This document shows positions 12,183 through 21,200 of a stretch of 31,660 nucleotides of DNA, in pieces (position 1 is the first letter of the stretch; each line of letters starts with the position of its first letter). The notes under the pieces were generated by a model that was not told the origin of the DNA, did no database searches, and was given only the letters and a program-made list of their open reading frames with translations. The stretch covers positions 1-31,660 of the forward strand of contig CAWHMU010000014.1 of the NCBI GenBank assembly GCA_963830365.1, written 5' to 3'. The DNA is from an uncultured Chlamydiae bacterium. GTDB lineage: Bacteria; Chlamydiota; Chlamydiia; Chlamydiales; Parachlamydiaceae. A program made the translations under genes and the position numbers.

Positions 12183-12316
12183 AAATTTTAGTCATAAACA
12201 ATTCTTTGTCTATTAAGGATCTAATATATCCCATGGAGGTGTGTTAGTGGCCTAAATTCAACGCCAAAAGGACTGCCGCACAAGTATGGTCACGCTTATA
12301 CAGCAGCTTCGCTGGC

Positions 12317-13474
12317 CTACCAGAAGTAGGCCCCGAGCGAAATCAAAAAGACGGCGATAACCGGCAGCTTGACGGGTTTGAAGTCATACAGCTTATATAT
12401 CATATTAAATAGCGACAGCACAATTAGCGCCGGGTAGCAGATCTGCAGGATCGGCGCTAAAAATGCAGCAATGCCGGTGAAGTTCAATGTCGATACAAAG
12501 AAAGTGACCACCAGGGTGATGATGAGCGATGGTGTGTAGCCGATCTTGCCGAAGGTGAGGTCGTTATGAATAAATTCGGCAAAGACTGCCGCTAGCGCAA
12601 TGGCAGTCGTCAAGCATGTCAAGGACACGGCAACGCAGGCGATAAGGGCAGCGTGCTTGCCCAGTACGTGGATGGCGATCATGCTGATCAGTTCATCGGA
12701 AGGCACGTTCAACAAGGCGCCACTGTGGAATGATGAAACATAGCTAAAGCCGATATAGGCGCTGGCCAAAAGGAAGGCGCCGATCAGGCTGGCCTTCAGA
12801 GTGGTAATGACCAGTTGTTTTGGCGTGCTTTCTATCGATCCGGCCCTGTTTTTCAAACAAGCAATGATCACCGAGGAAAAGAAGAAGGCGCCGAGCAGAT
12901 CCATGGTCTGATAGCCGTCTTTCAATCCTTTTAAAAAGATAGCAAAGCTCTCGTGATCGGCTGTCGGCACATGCGGAGAGCTTAACAGGCCCTTGACGAT
13001 GATAATGCCCAAAGAACCTAGCAAAAGGGGAGTCAGCACATAGCCTAAAGTGTCCAGGATGGAGTTCCGCTTAAAGGTGAACAGCCAAATGATTACGCAT
13101 GCTATTGCACTGAATAATATCAATGAAACTTCGGGCATGAATACTTTAGTGGTGGAATAGGAGAGCGCGATGCAGCGCGGCATGGCACCAAAGGGTCCGA
13201 TAAGCCCCATGATGATAGCGGCAATCAAAAAGCCCGGCACTTTGCCCATGCGTCCGAAGAAGCTCTTGTAGTCGCCGTCAAAAAGCGTCATGGCGATGAG
13301 GCCGGCGAAGGGCACTCCCACGGCAGTGATCAACATCCCTAAAATAGCAAAGAAATTTTTGTCCTGGGCAATTTGTCCTAAAGCTAATGGAAAGACAACA
13401 TTGCCGGCGCCAAAGAACATGGAGAACATCGCCAAACCGATAGCGATGGTGGACGATTTATTAGCTTGCGGCAT
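12317..13474 (-). CDS. brnQ: Branched-chain amino acid:cation symporter (BrnQ/LIVCS family)
   Basis: GLAMFSMFFGAGNVVFP, IGPFGAMPR, GYQTMDLLGAFFF, TCLTTAIAL, YPALIVL; multi-TM. Confidence 0.92.
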   Translation of the reverse strand: MPQANKSSTIAIGLAMFSMFFGAGNVVFPLALGQIAQDKNFFAILGMLITAVGVPFAGLIAMTLFDGDYKSFFGRMGKVPGFLIAAIIMGLIGPFGAMPRCIALSYSTTKVFMPEVSLILFSAIACVIIWLFTFKRNSILDTLGYVLTPLLLGSLGIIIVKGLLSSPHVPTADHESFAIFLKGLKDGYQTMDLLGAFFFSSVIIACLKNRAGSIESTPKQLVITTLKASLIGAFLLASAYIGFSYVSSFHSGALLNVPSDELISMIAIHVLGKHAALIACVAVSLTCLTTAIALAAVFAEFIHNDLTFGKIGYTPSLIITLVVTFFVSTLNFTGIAAFLAPILQICYPALIVLSLFNMIYKLYDFKPVKLPVIAVFLISLGAYFW

Positions 13475-13584
13475 TTTCCCTCAATGGTAAAAAATTAAAA
13501 CTGTATGATTGTTAGCTCACCTTCATGGCATAAGTCATTATAATTGGTATATTATGGTATGGTGAAAGTCTAGGACTGTGGAGG

Positions 13585-13698
13585 TTAAATGTGCGCACTG
13601 CGCACAAGCAGGCAAAGAAGTGTACAGGCAAGCGCGCAGGCCGGTATGGAAAATGCCAGATCGGCTGAAATGGATGTGAGGCGTAGGTCTGCGAGCAT
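13585..13698 (-). CDS. Candidate 37-aa Leu-rich leader peptide of brnQ
   Basis: MLADLRLTSISADLAFSIPACALACTLLCLLVRSAHI*; 13/37 residues are Leu/Ile/Val; lies between a promoter-like site and brnQ. Confidence 0.4.
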   Translation of the reverse strand: MLADLRLTSISADLAFSIPACALACTLLCLLVRSAHI

Positions 13699-13727
13699 AA
13701 TTTTATTAAAGAGTAACTGAAAAGCTT

Positions 13728-13756
13728 AGGCTAGCGGACTTTGTAATTTGTAGCAA
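13728..13756 (-). promoter_or_regulatory. Putative promoter for leader/brnQ
   Basis: TTGCTA-17 nt-TAGCCT on the minus strand. Confidence 0.4.
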
Positions 13757-13862
13757 GCAAAAACACGGGCGGTTTTCGCCATTGACTTTTTGACTACATA
13801 TCGGTTATTACTATATGTTTGGATCTTATGCCAATTTCAACTTATTTAACTGGTCGCCCCTA

Positions 13863-14606
13863 ATGAGTACTAAAACACCTATCAAAATTGCACCCTCGAT
13901 CCTGGCCGGGGATTTCGGCCATCTGGCTGATGAAGCCAAGCGCATCGAAGATGCCGGCGCCGATTATATACATGTCGATATCATGGATGGAAATTTCGTG
14001 CCCAATCTGACGATGGGACCTAGTGCCGTGGCGGCAATCAACCGTGCCACTAAGATGTTTTTGGATGTCCATCTGATGATTTATAATCCTTATGATTATA
14101 TCGAACGCTTTGTTGAAGCCGGCGCAGATATGCTGACGATTCATTTCGAGTCCACCGAGGATGTAGAAGAAACACTGAAATTTATCCGCCGCTGCAACAT
14201 CAAAGCCGGCCTGGCCTTCTGTCCAGAGACGTCCATGTCGATGATCCCCAAATTTCTGGATAAATGTGATATGGTCTTGCTAATGACCGTACATCCGGGT
14301 TTCGGAGGGCAATCGTTTATGCCGGAGGTGCTGGAAAAAGTGCTATTCACCCGCGAGGTGTGTGATAAACTGAACATTCGCGCCGGTGGCAAAACACCGC
14401 CGCAGGGAACCCCTCCAAATGAAATGCCGCCGATTTTTGATATCGAGGTGGATGGGGGGATTAACATCGAAACGGCACATCAGTGCCTTGAAGCCGGCGC
14501 CAACGTGTTGGTAGCAGGGACTTATCTTTTTAAGGCACCGAATATGGCGCAAGGCGTGCGCAGTTTACGGCAAACGGGCAATATCGAAAGAAAGAACGAG
14601 GCTTGA
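13863..14606 (+). CDS. rpe: Ribulose-phosphate 3-epimerase
   Basis: IAPSIL, HVDIMDGNFVPNLT, DVHLMI, LMTVHPGFGGQSF, IEVDGGIN; start set at ATG 13863. Confidence 0.96.
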   Translation: MSTKTPIKIAPSILAGDFGHLADEAKRIEDAGADYIHVDIMDGNFVPNLTMGPSAVAAINRATKMFLDVHLMIYNPYDYIERFVEAGADMLTIHFESTEDVEETLKFIRRCNIKAGLAFCPETSMSMIPKFLDKCDMVLLMTVHPGFGGQSFMPEVLEKVLFTREVCDKLNIRAGGKTPPQGTPPNEMPPIFDIEVDGGINIETAHQCLEAGANVLVAGTYLFKAPNMAQGVRSLRQTGNIERKNEA

Positions 14607-14613
14607 TCACGTT

Positions 14614-15171
14614 ATGGTACTGAGCAATAATCTTAATCCTGGGATGACACTATCGGTCAATGGCGAACTCTACCGCGTAGAGTCGTGTATCAAAGTTACG
14701 GTGCCTAAAGGTACCCCTTTTATCAAAACAAAGCTGCGCGACCTGGTCAGCAACGCATTGGTAGAAAAAAGCTTTAAGCTCAATCAAAATCTAAATGACG
14801 TTTCGATGACGGAACGGCGCCTGGAATTCCTCTATATGGAAGGTAAAGATTATCTTTTCCTTGATATCGGTAACCTGGAGCAGGTACTGGTGTCAGCAGC
14901 CATCGTCGCCGATAAGGTCAATTATCTCAGGGAAGCCGTCGAGGTCAAAGCCTCTTTTTACGGCGATACCATCTTCGCTATCGAATTACCGCAATTTCTG
15001 GAGCTGATGGTAGCCAAAACAGATGGGGCAGAAGGACGCATATCCAGTCCAAATGCCACTAAAGTAGCCGTACTTGAGACGGGTGCGCACGTGGAAGTAC
15101 CGCCATTTATTGAAGTCGGCGATATCATTAAAGTCGATACCAAGACAGACGAATATATTCAACGCGTTTAA
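14614..15171 (+). CDS. efp: Elongation factor P family protein
   Basis: LETGAHVEVPPFIEVGDIIKVDTKTDEYIQRV C-terminus; 185 aa; rpe-efp-accB-accC order. Confidence 0.9.
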   Translation: MVLSNNLNPGMTLSVNGELYRVESCIKVTVPKGTPFIKTKLRDLVSNALVEKSFKLNQNLNDVSMTERRLEFLYMEGKDYLFLDIGNLEQVLVSAAIVADKVNYLREAVEVKASFYGDTIFAIELPQFLELMVAKTDGAEGRISSPNATKVAVLETGAHVEVPPFIEVGDIIKVDTKTDEYIQRV

Positions 15172-15180
15172 ACGTAACAC

Positions 15181-15210
15181 GTCGGCCCTCAATATAACGA
15201 GGGGGCTGAC
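15181..15210 (+). terminator. Stem-loop between efp and accB
   Basis: gtcggccctc...gagggggctgac imperfect hairpin, no strong U-tract. Confidence 0.4.
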
Positions 15211-15230
15211 TAATCAATTTGGGGGTCTTA

Positions 15231-15717
15231 GTGGAATTCAAGCAGATCAAAGAACTCATGTCGGCAATGGGACGCACAGGCACCAAACGCCTGTCAATTA
15301 AAAATGAAGGCTTCGAGCTGCAGCTGGAACGGCATGACAACAACGTGCATGAAACAATTGCCGAGCTTGGCGAAGATGTCGTTTTTCGACATGAAAATGT
15401 GCTGCCGCGTTCTTCCGGCTCTTTTACAAGAGAGAGAAGTGCATCCGGCTCAGCATAAAACAGAAGCTCCGCTAGAAGTTGCCGGCACCTACGTCACCTC
15501 ACCGATGGTCGGCACCTATTATGCCTCACCTTCACCCGAAGATGCGCACTTTGTTAAAGTCGGCGACAAAGTCGAAAAACATACCGTGGTGTGCATTATC
15601 GAAGCCATGAAGGTCATGAATGAAGTCAAATCAGGCCATGCCGGCACCGTGGCTGAAATCCTTGTGGAAAATGGTCAACCTGTCGAATTCGGCACCAAAC
15701 TCTTTAGGATAATCTAA
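15231..15717 (+). CDS. accB: Acetyl-CoA carboxylase biotin carboxyl carrier protein, split by a frameshift in this sequence
   Basis: GTG start; [15 protein letters not shown]... stops at 15458, while SPMVGTYY...EAMKVMNE is in the +1 frame to 15717. Confidence 0.9.
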
Positions 15718-15722
15718 CTGTT

Positions 15723-17084
15723 ATGCAAAAAGTTCTTATCGCCAACCGCGGAGAAATCGCCGTCCGCATCATTCGCGCCTGCCAGGATCTAGGACTGCAA
15801 ACTGTGGCCGTCTATTCGCAGGCTGATGCCGAAGCCTTGCATGTGCTGCATGCCGATGAAGCCATCTGTATCGGCGAGGCGCCATCAAATAAATCGTATC
15901 TCAAAATCCCCAATATCCTGTCGGCCTGCGAGATCACCGGCGCCGATGCTATCCATCCGGGGTATGGTTTTTTGAGCGAAAGCGCCAATTTCGCCTCCAT
16001 CTGCGAAAGCTGCGGCTTGAATTTCATCGGTCCATCGCCGACAGCCATCACCCTGCTCGGCGACAAGTCCAAAGCCAAAGCCACCGCCAAAAGCTCGGGC
16101 TGTCCGGTGATTCCGGGTTCTGAAGGTATCGTCGTCGACCTTGCCGAGGGGTTGCAAGAGGCCAAGCGTTTGGGTTTTCCGATTTTCATCAAAGCCGTCG
16201 CTGGCGGCGGCGGTAAAGGCATCCGCATCGCCCAAGATGAGCATGACTTTGCCAAATTGTTCGTTGCCGCCCGTACCGAAGCTGAAGCCAGCTTTGGCAA
16301 TCCCGATGTCTACTTGGAAAAAATGATCATGAATCCCCGCCATATCGAAGTGCAGGTATTGGGGGATAAGCACGGCAACTACATCCACCTCGGCGAGCGC
16401 GACTGCACCATCCAACGGCGGCGCCAGAAACTGATCGAAGAAGCTCCCAGCCCCGTTCTACCGGAGAAACTGCGCCAAAAGATCGGCCAGGCCGCGGTGA
16501 ATGTCGTGAAGAAGGCTAAATATTATTCTGCCGGCACCGTCGAATTTCTGTTGGATAAAGACCAGAATTTCTATTTCATGGAAGTGAATACCCGCATCCA
16601 AGTCGAACACACCGTGACAGAGGAATTAACAGGCATCGATCTGGTGCGCGAACAGCTGCGCATCGCCATGGGCCACAAGCTGCAATACGACCAGAAGTCT
16701 GTCCAGTTTACCGGGCATGTCATCCAGTTCCGCATCAATGCCGAAAATCCGGCCCAGAACTTTGCGCCGTCACCCGGACGCCTGGAGTATTATCTGCCTC
16801 CAGGAGGCCCACACGTGCGCGTGGATAGCGCCTGCTATTCGGGCTACAATATCCCGCCAAACTACGACTCGATGATCGCCAAGCTTATCGTCAAGGGGCA
16901 CGATCGTGCAGAAGCCATCGCTATTGGCAAACGCGCCCTGCGCGAATTCCATATCGGCGGCGTCAAATCCACCATTCCTTTCCACCGCTATATGTTAGAG
17001 GATGAAAACTTCTTGAAGACGACCTACGACCTCACCTATATCGACAACCTGATGGCCGAAGGCTGCCAGTTCGAGAGCGAATAA
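15723..17084 (+). CDS. accC: Acetyl-CoA carboxylase biotin carboxylase subunit
   Basis: KVLIANRGEIA, HPGYGFLSE, KAVAGGGGKG, ERDCTIQRR, EVNTRIQVEH, YDSMIAKL. Confidence 0.98.
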   Translation: MQKVLIANRGEIAVRIIRACQDLGLQTVAVYSQADAEALHVLHADEAICIGEAPSNKSYLKIPNILSACEITGADAIHPGYGFLSESANFASICESCGLNFIGPSPTAITLLGDKSKAKATAKSSGCPVIPGSEGIVVDLAEGLQEAKRLGFPIFIKAVAGGGGKGIRIAQDEHDFAKLFVAARTEAEASFGNPDVYLEKMIMNPRHIEVQVLGDKHGNYIHLGERDCTIQRRRQKLIEEAPSPVLPEKLRQKIGQAAVNVVKKAKYYSAGTVEFLLDKDQNFYFMEVNTRIQVEHTVTEELTGIDLVREQLRIAMGHKLQYDQKSVQFTGHVIQFRINAENPAQNFAPSPGRLEYYLPPGGPHVRVDSACYSGYNIPPNYDSMIAKLIVKGHDRAEAIAIGKRALREFHIGGVKSTIPFHRYMLEDENFLKTTYDLTYIDNLMAEGCQFESE

Positions 17085-17090
17085 CTCCAC

Positions 17091-17121
17091 ACGATGCGTT
17101 TGTTTCCTTCAAACGCATCGT
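17091..17121 (+). terminator. Hairpin after accC
   Basis: acgatgcgtttg-tttcctt-caaacgcatcgt, perfect 12-bp stem 6 nt after the stop. Confidence 0.65.
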
Positions 17122-17190
17122 CTCAGAACTGAAAGAATGCTTCGCCGCGGTTTTTCGAGCGTAACGCCAGGGTTGTGTCATAAAAAAAAT

Positions 17191-17612
17191 GGTTCATCCG
17201 ACAAATGAGGACCTAGGCTCATGTTAGGTGACAAAGTCGCTGTTTAGCAGCCTCGCTAGAGGCGGAAGCATGTAGCCACATGCGTAAGCGTGTGGTGGGC
17301 AATTGATTCGATAGAAGCCGTGAATACGGCGACAGCAAATACTCGAAATGTTTTACTCTTAAACGCAATTATATCGGAAACTGCTTCTTTTGGTAATGCT
17401 GTCGCCGTATTCACGGCTCTCGTTATTCTATATTTCCACTCCATAGGTTGACACCTATGGCTACATGCTTTCGCCTCTAGCGAGGCTTTTATTAGTTTAC
17501 GTTATACTCTTATTTATATATTACCTTTCTCTCTAAGCGTTATTTATTTGTGATTTCAGGGTAGCCTTAAATTGATTTTACTGTAAGTAGGTACGCATTT
17601 GTCGGATGAACC
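17191..17612. mobile_element. 422-bp MITE with 25-bp TIRs, 9-bp TSD and a nested 239-bp palindrome (copy 1)
   Basis: TIR ggttcatccgacaaatg (17 bp perfect, 23/25 overall); aaaaaaaat at 17182-17190 and 17613-17621; internal palindrome 17249-17487. Confidence 0.85.
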
Positions 17613-17991
17613 AAAAAAAATGACAAATCGTCCAACGGTATTCTCATAAGAAAAATAGCAGAAATAACAGGATTTTAGGATGGTCAGGATAAACACATGC
17701 GAAAATGTTTTGACGATATTGAAAACCAGTAGGACATGAAACGACTACGAATGTACAGCTCAGCGACCTGCTGCTGGCAACTTTTCTGTTCCATTCATAG
17801 CTCTTAAAGGCCCACACACCGCTTGTTTTTCCCATCCGTAAAGCGCGACGAGTCGTTGCACTCCCGAGTAATCATATTGAAATGTTTTTTTGCTCGGTAG
17901 TTTGCAGGAAAAGCGCAACCGGCGTTGCCCACTTTCAAAGCGCTGCGTAGGTTTATTTGCTGATATGAGCGTGGGGCTCCAAATTGGCGCT

Positions 17992-18222
17992 TCAGTCTTT
18001 TTTCTCTTCAGCAGGCTTGCCGGCTTTACTCTGGAAGATTTTAATCATGCCGGCTGAGATTTCATAATCGCTGCCTTCGCTAAATTCTTTGTCTATAATG
18101 GCCTTCAAGGTCTGCATAGGAACATCGGAGCTGGCGCCCACCCTGAAGTGATAGGAATACGTGCCGTTTGACGGACTCAGGTCGATGCCGACGTCCACAG
18201 CTATTGCATTTTTCTCTTTGGC
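17992..18222 (-). pseudogene. In-frame C-terminal continuation of the large effector-like gene beyond a TAA
   Basis: ...GAG AAA ATG GAC TAA GCC AAA GAG AAA AAT GCA ATA GCT GTG GAC...; the frame stays open for 76 more codons. Confidence 0.55.
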
Positions 18223-21200
18223 TTAGTCCATTTTCTCATCTGCCTTTATGGCTTTCACCGTCATCCGGCAGTGCTGCTGCAGTCGCGTGGTCAGGTCTTG
18301 AATTTCAGTATGCAATACGTCTCTGATATGGCGGGTCTGTCGAGTCTTCTTGGCCTCCTCATCGGCCATTCTTTGACAGCCGTCCGTATAGAATGCGGGA
18401 AACACCTTTTTGCGGAACGAAGCGGCCTGTTTCAAGGTGCAAAACGCGCCGAAATTCGCGAAATTCGCCATGAAATCAGCACGCTTTGCCCCTGCCAGCT
18501 GCTCGGCGAGGATGCGCGCGTTTTGGATGGCCATGATCCCGCAGCTTGCGCCGTCGCCGCTCTGTTCGCTGCCCGGATGGGCGCTAAAGCGGATATTGCG
18601 ATTTTTTTTCTGCATAAGCTGTTCCAGCGCCGGTTCGGAGGCTCCCAAAGAATCTTTGTATAGGGCTTCGATGGTGCCGTCGGTTTGCAATAGGAGGCAA
18701 AAGGCCGCCCAGTGCAAACTTCCTCGGTTATAGATGCATAACGCAGGCTTATGTTTAAGAGAGGCAATGATCTCATCCATCTTTGGGGCCAACTCTGCCA
18801 ATGTCATTGATCCCAAGGAATTGAAGTCATGGAGCTGCTTCTGCAGGGTAGCGGACTGCAAGATGCTATAGATGTCGGTGCCTTTATACCAGTATGCAGA
18901 ATTGTTTTTCTGATTCAGCGCGTTTCCGTTTATTTCCACATCCAGTGCGGCCTTTTCTCGCGCAGCCTTTTCCAGAGCTGCTTTCTCAAGAGCTGCTTTC
19001 TCAAGTGCGGCCGCCGCCGCCGACTCATCTTCTCCTGATATTCCTGAGGGAGGATTTAGTGAAGACCGCCTCGAATTTTTCCCTTCCAGCGCTGCGGCAT
19101 GCTTGGCTAAGTCATCATAGAAAATTTGATCTAATATCCCCAATACCTGATTTTGAATGGGGTTGGCCTCATCCAGATGGTATCTGAAGCATGCCAAATC
19201 CCCATGCTGCTTCAATATTTTTTCCTTAGCTTCTTTAGTTCCGCGCTGCTGCGCATCGAGGATTTGTTGGCAGACTTTGCCCGCCTGCAGAAATATGTCT
19301 CGGTCCTGCGTGATGATCGCCCAGCGGATAGCCTGGGAGATCGTATAGGAAGGTTTTTTGGCGAGACAGTCAAGCAGGTTCTGCTTGCATCCAGTCTTTA
19401 TAAGGAATTCAGTGATGGCTTGTTGGTGTTCTTCGGAAAATGTTTCAACATCAATGTTACCAACCAGAGACATCTCCTCATGATCTATCGGGCTATACCA
19501 AAATCCGGGGCAGCTTACCCAGTCATTGCGCAAGCTTTCAGGGATGGTTTTAAGGGCACTAAATAAGGCAGCTTTGGTCGCAGCTGTCAGTGGGTATTTG
19601 GCCAGCAGCCTGAGGTAAATATTTAGCCTGTCGTTGAAATCTATGTATAAATAGCTCTGTATTTTCCGTGCAATACTACTATCAATGTATTGAATATTCA
19701 TTTCTTTCTCTTCGGTCGCGTCCGCTACGCAATTTTCAGCCAAAATGCCGGTTAGATTCTTTACAGTATCTTCATGCATACCTAAAATATTTATTTCATT
19801 CCCAATCTTTAGCTCCTCTATATAGGCTAGCATGCCTATTTCAATTTTCGACTCCAGGCCGAGCATATGGGCTTTTAGTTCCGGCAGGTATGGTTCCAGC
19901 ATATCAGCCATGTGGCGCAAATGACTTGATTCATAGGTGCTATATAAAGAGGATGGCGTGCTATATTCTTTCATGATCCGTGGGAGAAAGGGGATGGCAT
20001 GCGCATAAACTTCGGCAATCTTGGCGGGATTGCTGCTAAGGTGTTTATCGAATTTAACGATCCACTGATTCAAATCATCATCATCAATATTGCACCGGGG
20101 CAAAAATCTTTTAGCGATAAATTCCGCAACCTTAGGACTGATTGGTCTGAATGGTCCATCGATTAAGCAAGTGAGCATACCGCCGATCAATGCCCCTCGG
20201 CAGAATTCGGATGGGATCGATTGGATCATTGTTACCAGGCGTGCATCTAGCTTATAGACGATACTCCCGCCTAAAGAGTTTAACAGCCGATGGATGCGCT
20301 CCAATGGTTTTTCTTCCCCCCAGGCATAGTCATGGGGATATGGCAGATTTTCGAAATCCAAACCATTTAAAAACTTGATAACATTGGCGAGGTCTTTTTG
20401 CTTCAAGATCTCCGTTTGATAATCCAAGCTGGGCTTTTTTTGGCCGAATGTCAGCAGGATAGTATCTTTTTCATGATTTTCAGTTTGGCAATCATGCGTG
20501 ACGCATTTAGTCCATATGTCATGGCGCCTTTGCACATCCAGCCTGTCAATCTTGACAGGACGCCTGCCGAAGGCAGAGGGGATCCTCACCACAATCTTAT
20601 CTGAAGGGAAGGCTTTTCCATGTACATTAACTTTGAACGGATAAAACTGGATCGACAGCGGCGCCTGCATATCGCTGTCGCTTTCGTCACATGAACTATC
20701 CAGATCGATCATGTTAGCCAGGAAGCTTTTATGAAACTGATAGCGCATATCGAAGACCCCTTGGATCTCAGATGGGCCATAATATGGACTATATAGGTAG
20801 GTCGATTTAAAGGAGAGAAGGTGGAAGCAGAGTTTGAACAGATTGGAGCTGGACTCGGCATGGGCTGATTGCATATCCCCCAAGCTGCGACTATCCTGCG
20901 CAAGATAGCCAAGCGATTGCCCGTTTTCTAAAATCTTTACTGATAAATCTCCTTCAATAAAGCCAATTTGCGCCGTCATCTCGTCGGTATTGGCCCGATC
21001 TTCATAATGAATAGGTCCAACAGATATTGGATCCAGCGATCCCCCTCGTTCAACGACATTAAACGCCGTCCTGATGTTGTCGATAAAGGCATTGATATCA
21101 AACTTCGATGATTTTGCCGCATATGCAGACAGTAAGTCGACAACCTCGCCAATGAGATCTACATAGCGCTCAAATACAGCCTCCGTCTCTACACCAATCG

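Noticed and set aside
13475..13730. T-box upstream of brnQ
   Set aside because: No T-box consensus (AGGGTGGNACCGCG-like) or terminator found.
17256..17444. 62-aa ORF, duplicated at 24126-24314
   Set aside because: Lies wholly inside the palindromic repeat; the duplication is explained by the DNA element.
17836..17930. Weak hairpin (ccgagtaa/ttgctcgg) with two aaagcgc...cgttgc motifs
   Set aside because: Too degenerate to distinguish from chance or a decayed terminator.
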